A stretch of 64,000 nucleotides of DNA. Source: an uncultured virus (IMG/VR IMGVR_UViG_3300044972_001024) (taxonomy: Duplodnaviria; Heunggongvirae; Uroviricota; Caudoviricetes). How positions within the stretch are numbered: the first letter of the stretch is position 1; every line of letters begins with the position of its first letter. Shown piece after piece: positions 60,001 to 64,000 of the stretch. Under the pieces are notes generated by a model, which was given only the letters and a program-made list of their open reading frames with translations, ran no database searches and had not been told where the DNA came from. Location of the stretch: the IMG/VR virus record IMGVR_UViG_3300044972_001024; one strand, 5' to 3'. Both the position numbers and the translations under genes were made by a program.

Positions 60001-63000
60001 TATATCACCAACAACTTTTAAGTTATTATAAATTCTAGTTTCAAATTCTAATAAAACTTTATCACGAAAATCAGATAATTCTTCATCAATATAATCACCA
60101 TAAAGTTTTGTATAACTACCATCGTGTCCTAAAATAAAATAGGTTGGTGTAGTATAAGTATTGTCTAAAATAACACTCGGAATAAAACTTGGGTATAATC
60201 CTAATTTAGTTGGTGTATTGGGACAATATGTTCCATATGTTTGATTATATTCATTAATTGTAATAGTATCACCAACAACAATATCATATGTTATTGTTAA
60301 ATTTGGACTAATATCACTAACAATATAATCCACACCACGTATTAATTGATTAGTTACTGTCTGACCATTAACTGTTGTAGTAATATAAACACCCAACCCA
60401 TAATAGTTGGCTGATGTAAAATCATATGTTCTATACGTTGGTAAAGTAATAGTAGATAATGTAACATTAAATGGATAACTATTAGTTCTATATGGACTAC
60501 CAGTATATAACATGTCACTCCAGAAGAATGCATTTGTACTGTTTCTGGTACTTGAAATTTGATAAAGAATTGTATCCAACATTGTAGATGGAGTGGTATA
60601 TACTGTAAAATCGTTTTGATCAGTTAAATTAATCAACAATGTTTTAAAATTTGTATATTGATCACTGTTGAATTGTAATGCTTCAAATATATTATATCCA
60701 GGTTTACGTAAAAATACACCAGGTAATATCAAACTGGCACTATTTTGAATAATTGCCGTACCGTATCTGTTTAAGTTTCCTAGGTTATAAACATTATTAG
60801 GACCAAATACTGGTCCAATTACGCCAAACGTATTTTGAACTATTGAATCATATTGATTTTTAATATCACCAACGTTAACTGTGGTAATATTTGAATTGAA
60901 TGGATTATTTTGTAAATTACTTGGAATTTCATAATACCCAGTTTTACTAACTTGATCACTAAGCAATGTAATGGTAATTTTATCACCACTGACTGCCGCA
61001 GTTGTCAATGTAACGGTTGTTGTATTATTAAAACTATTAGTAGTAAAAGTATATTCAGAATCATCACTCAGTTCAACATCATTGACATATACATGATGTG
61101 GATCAACAATTGAATCAGTTTTTACTAACACATCACATTGAAAGGAACTTTGTGTTGGTTGAGTAACTGTAAATTGAAATACTTGATATTGAGAACTTTC
61201 AGTATATGCGGTTACCCATCCAGTTTTTTTAGTTGGTATATCAGCAGTGATATAGTCATATACATAACCAATATTAATGTTTGATTCAATAATATTATCG
61301 TTTTGTTGATAGCTAAATGTATCTTCATTTAGATTGACAGTGAAATTAATGTCACCAATACTAACCGAGCTTGAATAACTAATTGGAAAACCTAATATTG
61401 GATCATTTGGTCCTGTACCAACAGTGTACGAAAATAATTTTGTTCCCGCAAATGTTGAACCATTATAGTATAATTGATCACTAAGTGATATGTCATTTAT
61501 ATCATATATGTTAAATAATGGGGCCTGATTAACTGTTGATTTTTGTTGACATTGAATCCATCTAGAATCTACAGAATTAAATCTCCAACTTGTTGATTTC
61601 CATAATGTACCAGATATGATAGTAACTTGATTTTTATCTTGTGCAGTTTCTACAATATTAAGTGCAATTACATTTGAATTTCCTGTACCAACTGGTGCAA
61701 AAGAAACTTCATATATGTTTTGACGAACTAAATTATTAGTATCATGATTAAAAATAATTGTTTGACCAGAAACTAATGGTTGACCATCAATAGTATATGA
61801 TGATTGTCCAACTATTTGAGTAAAGGCATCAGTTGTTGTATTATCAAATAATGAAACGAAACCTAAAGATTTTGTTCCACTATTATAAAGACCAAGATTC
61901 CCATAAAATTCAATAATAGGACGTTGAGCACGAGTACTAGTATTTCCAGATATTAATGTTAATGTACCATTATAAGCGATAGTGGCATTAATAACTTGAA
62001 TATTAAACCAACGATTACTTCTAGACCAGGCATTTAAATCACGACTATTTCTATTGATTGTTATATAATCCGGATATAATGGTACCTCATTTGATTGATC
62101 CCATTCTTTATCGTCCCAATTATAATAATCCCAAGGATAATATGATCCTGGATCATCGCTTTCTACACTACGAAAATCATTAACTAATAATAGATTGATT
62201 GCAGTACCTACACCTTCAACATAATATTCATTATTTTGATATGTTGATGGGACTGTAGATCCTTCAAATATAACTTTAAGACCATTGATAAATGTAACAC
62301 CATTTGGACTTGTATAATTTGTCTTACCTAAAATTTGATCAATGTTAATACTATTAGTAGTATTATTTTCTATTAAATTAATAACACCAACATTAAGTGG
62401 ATTTGACCCATCTTGATAATATAATGTATCTAATACTGCCGAAAGATATGGTATCAATTGAATTGTACCGGTACCATCACGATAGAATGTTCTACCAACA
62501 TATGTAGTACCGCTAGTTACTGTAATTTTTTGAGAATCTGGAATTCCAGTACTTAATGTTAATGTAACGATATCAGTTATTGAATTTACTGATATTGAAT
62601 AAAAATTAATTTGTGAACTTGATTCACCATTATCATAGAACATTAATGTTCTACCATTTAACTGAGTTACACCATCAATATTTCCAATTGATGTCGATGT
62701 TTGACCGTTAATTTCTGCATATGTTAGTGTAGAAACAATATCAACTGTATTGTTTCCGGGCAAATCATATTGTGATTGAGCATCTTTTAATGGAACTTCA
62801 AACGTAACAGTGCCAATGGAATCTCCATTATTTAATACTCCTAATACATCTCTAGTACTAGTATTAGAACTTGCACCATATCCAGAAGTTCCTGGAACAC
62901 CTTGAATCCAGAATTGTGATGATTGATTTACTTCAAATGTATATGTACCACCACGTAACAATGTTATAGATGGATTTTTTTGTACTGAATCATTAATTGT

Positions 63001-63498
63001 ATATCCAGTATCACTGTAGGATACAATATAATTGTCTGATAGATAAATTGTGTTGGTTGATACAGTTACGGCATCTGGACCATATGGTAACCAATAATAT
63101 TGACTATAGTTAACAATCTTATCTAGATCAGCAAAACTATCCCAACTATAATATTCACTTTCAAATAATCTATTATTATTATCGGTAATTGCCCCATTAT
63201 TTTGTAAAGCATTTAACATACCAGGATAATTAATAAAATCTTTTGCAGTTTGAGTATCAGTTTTTAAGAATACAACACTTGGATTCAATTGATAATCATA
63301 GCGGATTTTTGATGGTTCAACTACATAACGATCAGTTGGGTTAATAGAATAGCCATATTTTTGACCAATAAATCCTTCAACTCTACGTAGATCAGGTTGT
63401 TGTACCAACTGATCTAATGTTGCGGCAAGAAACTGAGCATTACTGTCAGTTCTAAAAACTTCAGGAAGAAAATCAAGTGACCGAATTTTTGTTGCCAT
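51085..63498 (-). CDS. Giant virion structural protein (baseplate wedge-like, 4137 aa)
   Basis: Uninterrupted 12.4-kb ORF; FLPEVFRT N-terminus; FG-GAP-like repeats (FGTS..LIVGAP); ATAAATA at 63527-63533. Confidence 0.75.
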   Translation of the reverse strand: MATKIRSLDFLPEVFRTDSNAQFLAATLDQLVQQPDLRRVEGFIGQKYGYSINPTDRYVVEPSKIRYDYQLNPSVVFLKTDTQTAKDFINYPGMLNALQNNGAITDNNNRLFESEYYSWDSFADLDKIVNYSQYYWLPYGPDAVTVSTNTIYLSDNYIVSYSDTGYTINDSVQKNPSITLLRGGTYTFEVNQSSQFWIQGVPGTSGYGASSNTSTRDVLGVLNNGDSIGTVTFEVPLKDAQSQYDLPGNNTVDIVSTLTYAEINGQTSTSIGNIDGVTQLNGRTLMFYDNGESSSQINFYSISVNSITDIVTLTLSTGIPDSQKITVTSGTTYVGRTFYRDGTGTIQLIPYLSAVLDTLYYQDGSNPLNVGVINLIENNTTNSINIDQILGKTNYTSPNGVTFINGLKVIFEGSTVPSTYQNNEYYVEGVGTAINLLLVNDFRSVESDDPGSYYPWDYYNWDDKEWDQSNEVPLYPDYITINRNSRDLNAWSRSNRWFNIQVINATIAYNGTLTLISGNTSTRAQRPIIEFYGNLGLYNSGTKSLGFVSLFDNTTTDAFTQIVGQSSYTIDGQPLVSGQTIIFNHDTNNLVRQNIYEVSFAPVGTGNSNVIALNIVETAQDKNQVTIISGTLWKSTSWRFNSVDSRWIQCQQKSTVNQAPLFNIYDINDISLSDQLYYNGSTFAGTKLFSYTVGTGPNDPILGFPISYSSSVSIGDINFTVNLNEDTFSYQQNDNIIESNINIGYVYDYITADIPTKKTGWVTAYTESSQYQVFQFTVTQPTQSSFQCDVLVKTDSIVDPHHVYVNDVELSDDSEYTFTTNSFNNTTTVTLTTAAVSGDKITITLLSDQVSKTGYYEIPSNLQNNPFNSNITTVNVGDIKNQYDSIVQNTFGVIGPVFGPNNVYNLGNLNRYGTAIIQNSASLILPGVFLRKPGYNIFEALQFNSDQYTNFKTLLINLTDQNDFTVYTTPSTMLDTILYQISSTRNSTNAFFWSDMLYTGSPYRTNSYPFNVTLSTITLPTYRTYDFTSANYYGLGVYITTTVNGQTVTNQLIRGVDYIVSDISPNLTITYDIVVGDTITINEYNQTYGTYCPNTPTKLGLYPSFIPSVILDNTYTTPTYFILGHDGSYTKLYGDYIDEELSDFRDKVLLEFETRIYNNLKVVGDIPLPADEVIPGQFRTTEYSQSEILDIYRTNFLKWVGLNRIDYKTQQYNRSNQFSYNYNQSTNILNSEILKQGYWRGVYNWFYDTSNPADAPWEMLGLTSEPSWWTDRYGAAPYTSDNTYMWQEISEGYVWNNGDSYINPLKVRPELLRVLPVNSAGTLQSPLPTVVGNYDSFTFDRNWIVGDQGPAETSYLRSSSYPFDLMRILALTKPAKFFNLNVDRDLYKYNTEFNQYLYNDRYHLNPQDIIVYGNGVSKASYINWVVDYINQRGVDGTTEVTTTLKNLDVRLTYNLAGFSSKNYLKFLIEKSTPNTQNTTLLIPDNSYSVLLYDNVSEDKIVYSSVIVQRTSDGYTVWGNSQSDPFFNMAVPKAGFTQTLTVNNLSVTVNNEFYTDKITTIPYGNLYYTVQGVSEFLKAYGQYLVDQGMIFGYVIDTITYNWDQMIREFLHWAEQSWEVGSTINLNPSAKIATVNRPGLVVQPLTIQQDNFILNQNLIPLQSQNASIVRENESFTVGVLTDGDSIALTNLNLSSMEHAVVFDNYTVFNDTIYDLVTGLRQQRLLLQGYKSGEWNGYVNASGFIINEDNIQEWLPNIKYASGKIVTYKNKYWVANQLIQPQSEFFDEQWTQTTYDKIKTGLLPNPSTNAYESLYYYDSTRANFELDADLLSFSLIGYRPRQYLADAELSDITQIGVYKNIIKEKGTNLIANAFKSANLAQGKIDYNVKENWAVKTSVFGSVSNSNFVECLLIQNELTGNPTLLGFSDNGSVSGVQQTVMMNEIINWNMPPISANFLPPFNDVYSYERGLPSAGYVNLNDVKFKAFELTDLNNTFDTTNIDTLYRNDNIWIAKYRGSWNVFTPQTVNTQVISIINNLNNTITVNFGKNPNLAKYDPIAIVNFDSRINGYYEVLAVNSLTSVIIAKVLDTAVLQLQGNGLAFKLVSRRFTQASDQVYSTVFNSEYYNKKSWIDRDVDNQWAVWSCGPNFTEINIDSSELNLQDFGSSVAYSTEIGYVGASAIDGTIYRYYTDSTTSQSITQTISQTNSTFGTAMVAVGDYLYVSDELNNLVYVYLVIYPSKYITLYTTISQETTGQITVSEDRQWLYISNVTNKTIAVWALMSNGNYDYVSTITGPSTAIGFGTSIATSIDGVKLIVGAPLESLVTSESTQLTASGAVYIYTRSVQRFMANGISDTYTVNETIPNSIADVLIDDVLTSDVIVYSDGRIIFNIIPVYGSIIEVSYGEMNLVTKLLSSNPIVGGNFGTSVSTNKYGAQLVIGCPSELQTVNNVSNVQGAVYRFTNGGQQYGSIVGSVSGLVSGYFFIDGFKVSYSGTASEIAQSINTQTPTNIIAAASGNILQIGVINNTVETINNIIDITGPESNLADLGLTLYVNTQVMVNPNLPTIGSFGTVVSMGTRDSLVVSDPTATVYAETTFDYNTVDPTVCNPIISINNFTIFDHGATAFIDTFANTGVVYEFDYLPAADESIINPGKYVFGQYIQSIDRTGIANTPKFGTSVVDNDGVIVVGAPNWYSTGTGRIFGYVNYCQTSSWYIDKKPLPMVSVERLNNISIYDTISNNTLDYLDYIDPIQGKLLGAVETNLDYISSTDPATYSDGIVWSFEHIGSTWLDTTSIRMLNYNQPSATYNASNWGKAFPGSTADIYTWVGSSFPPIQYNGSGYVVDFNSYTTIQSLDRSTNAIVVDYFFWVKNYNIIPPGKTLSPLTLSQYILNPLNSGISFLAAITTNIVGLFNCESSINSSSSALHIGYRIGNTLDQKHESWTLIQENNATDFLTGFPTESQQDPIGLYAKYLDSFAGQNRLGLYIPNSKLPILTRYGIDYSQSMFIDRPLALQNYVNYANQVLIKFPIAETRSLYFLNKVGVGYDTRDYWTYTDWWATGYSSSTKIVLEVNTVTDLQTLQPNQILPGTEQIVIGLKDGIIVKVKANSQGNSEVWTWYEATGWDRIGLQNGTIQLSDSLYNTPVNWDIGGFDIGLYDDTVYEETYWIIRWLNEEAYIEDLLIERNNSLILMFNYIQSESLEQQNYLTWLNKTSLIDVTHTVRELLPYKKFQRDNQEFLSGYLNEIKPFHVKIKDFLFVYPGQDTFLGDVTDFDLPAKYVPSIGQFETPQLVYTTPNLYSPEYLPTSTVWQDPEYTQWFENYGLNITNERGLYNLTSLSAYITSSSTIIPVKNTYGMPDAGFIYIGDEKISYSNVDKLQNILTDIQRGIDSTPTDHMPNATVSAILPAVIVLDKARGYSEPPVITVINNSNYPNPRTVAQLVPIMINESLLGVQVINSGSGYATQPIIEIESSSIFSTFVSTDVNTVFNTITIINHSFITGDSIKYTIGLNTVSPTGLINNNYYYVRVIDVNTIALYYSVKGAYNIDKTSLMDYERVSLETQGSGSENTLAVTARAAILTSSQPVRELMTTIKFDRTSYGSLITEWNSGQIYAGEFTDIGKLASSTLLTSSSSPWEYLSWTGTNWDADLLASAQGASFPIVQVRNSYAYDGAVLVELNYGYTPVTPGQLNGQKIIAYEVSSTEWTNPISYYVKVMTTTLVEIYYDPLFNFPVKIANFNYTSNDVLFLEEPFTFSKSLVTYAGKLYQCIVSNNDTIFDYDKWEQIYSNNSILNAADRIAAFYEPTANMTGRDLRQLMSGVVYPNATTIGAPFNYNDGQLYDSVNFEYSSYDVNSTAELDTNLQSPDFNYNQLTNPTTYDVQGGSFNEGYGPEELIPGLVTDFLQFNVTTNPDTLGPGNYLNFRIQVDQFGQNSVYNPNTYPYVTYEYVTSVYNTNPYTQTYLTQDFVSTNSISDVLHVNDASKLVSTLQEIVTTDSDGVAYILNVARYMTSYPILSIPNTFTLEYVNYNDIKITINGITSPTLVEITISEGNMLLINSEYIQFTNIDLTTNTVSGLLRGRNGSITNQLIESGTVIQSVLNRDQLPEEYYYQWWYEYDISGPVSQTLSQSNTVPALFLRRVTAP

Positions 63499-63581
63499 TT
63501 TTTATATTATCCATTACTGTATCTACTATTTATCACTACAAAAAACGACTAATTTATCTATATCAGTCAGAAAAATTTAAA

Positions 63582-64000
63582 TTACATTGTTCTTTGTAAA
63601 GCCGATGGAGTCAATGCACTAATTACAATAATATCATTAGCCGTGGCACCGTTACAGAAAATTTCGCTTGGGCCGCTTAAAATCTCATATAAATCACCAA
63701 ATGATTGATTAGGATTAGCAGGTACTAATACTACTGAACTAATTAATGATCCCAATTGAACATGTAGATAGGCCGTAAGTTCACTGAAGTAGAAAGTATC
63801 ACCAAAATCCCAATTATTAATTGTAAAATAACTATTAAGCGCAGCCAAAACACTACTACGAATTTGACTATCACTAACAGTTGTTGTAGGATTTTTAATA
63901 ACTTTAATTGTTCCTCGTAATGCAGGAGCAGCTTTTGTTCCAAATAATGGTTTGAAGTTTACACTATTTAAAATCACACTATCACTGATCATTTTATAAC
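63582..64000 (-). CDS. C-terminal part of a baseplate wedge-like protein (5' truncated by window)
   Basis: Frame open to the window end; ALNSYF..NWDFGDTFYFSEL resembles baseplate wedge C-termini. Confidence 0.6.
   Translation of the reverse strand, partial: YKMISDSVILNSVNFKPLFGTKAAPALRGTIKVIKNPTTTVSDSQIRSSVLAALNSYFTINNWDFGDTFYFSELTAYLHVQLGSLISSVVLVPANPNQSFGDLYEILSGPSEIFCNGATANDIIVISALTPSALQRTM

Noticed and set aside
1..64000. Stop-codon reassignment
   Set aside because: TAA, TAG and TGA all end full-length genes and coding density is high under the standard code

Overview
This AT-rich window is part of a large lytic dsDNA tailed phage (T4-like/jumbo myovirus organisation). It uses the standard genetic code and is almost entirely encoded on the minus strand; the host is probably proteobacterial. 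In + coordinates it contains five blocks. (1) A replication/repair block: UvsE, cytidylyltransferase, sliding clamp, family B DNA polymerase and a dsDNA-binding protein. (2) A block of late genes, many beginning with an N-terminal motif resembling the T4 internal-protein capsid-targeting sequence: ART-like, ParB-like, GP88-like and HExxH proteins, a 772-aa mosaic protein and, further on, two kinase-like paralogs. Dps, a GXT collagen fibre, a secreted nuclease, an epimerase, ThyX and a MoxR/vWA pair lie nearby. (3) An early region of near-consensus sigma70 promoters, three with an upstream 18-bp palindrome. (4) A circularly permuted two-piece tmRNA gene (tag ANDENWALAA) whose 141-nt intervening segment carries an SD-preceded 53-codon ORF. 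(5) An ~18 kb modification cluster (8 radical SAM enzymes, glycosyltransferase-like proteins, a methyltransferase and a half carbamoyltransferase) directly downstream of tail/baseplate genes, including a 4137-aa protein. All functional calls are by visual motif recognition; no database searches were run.
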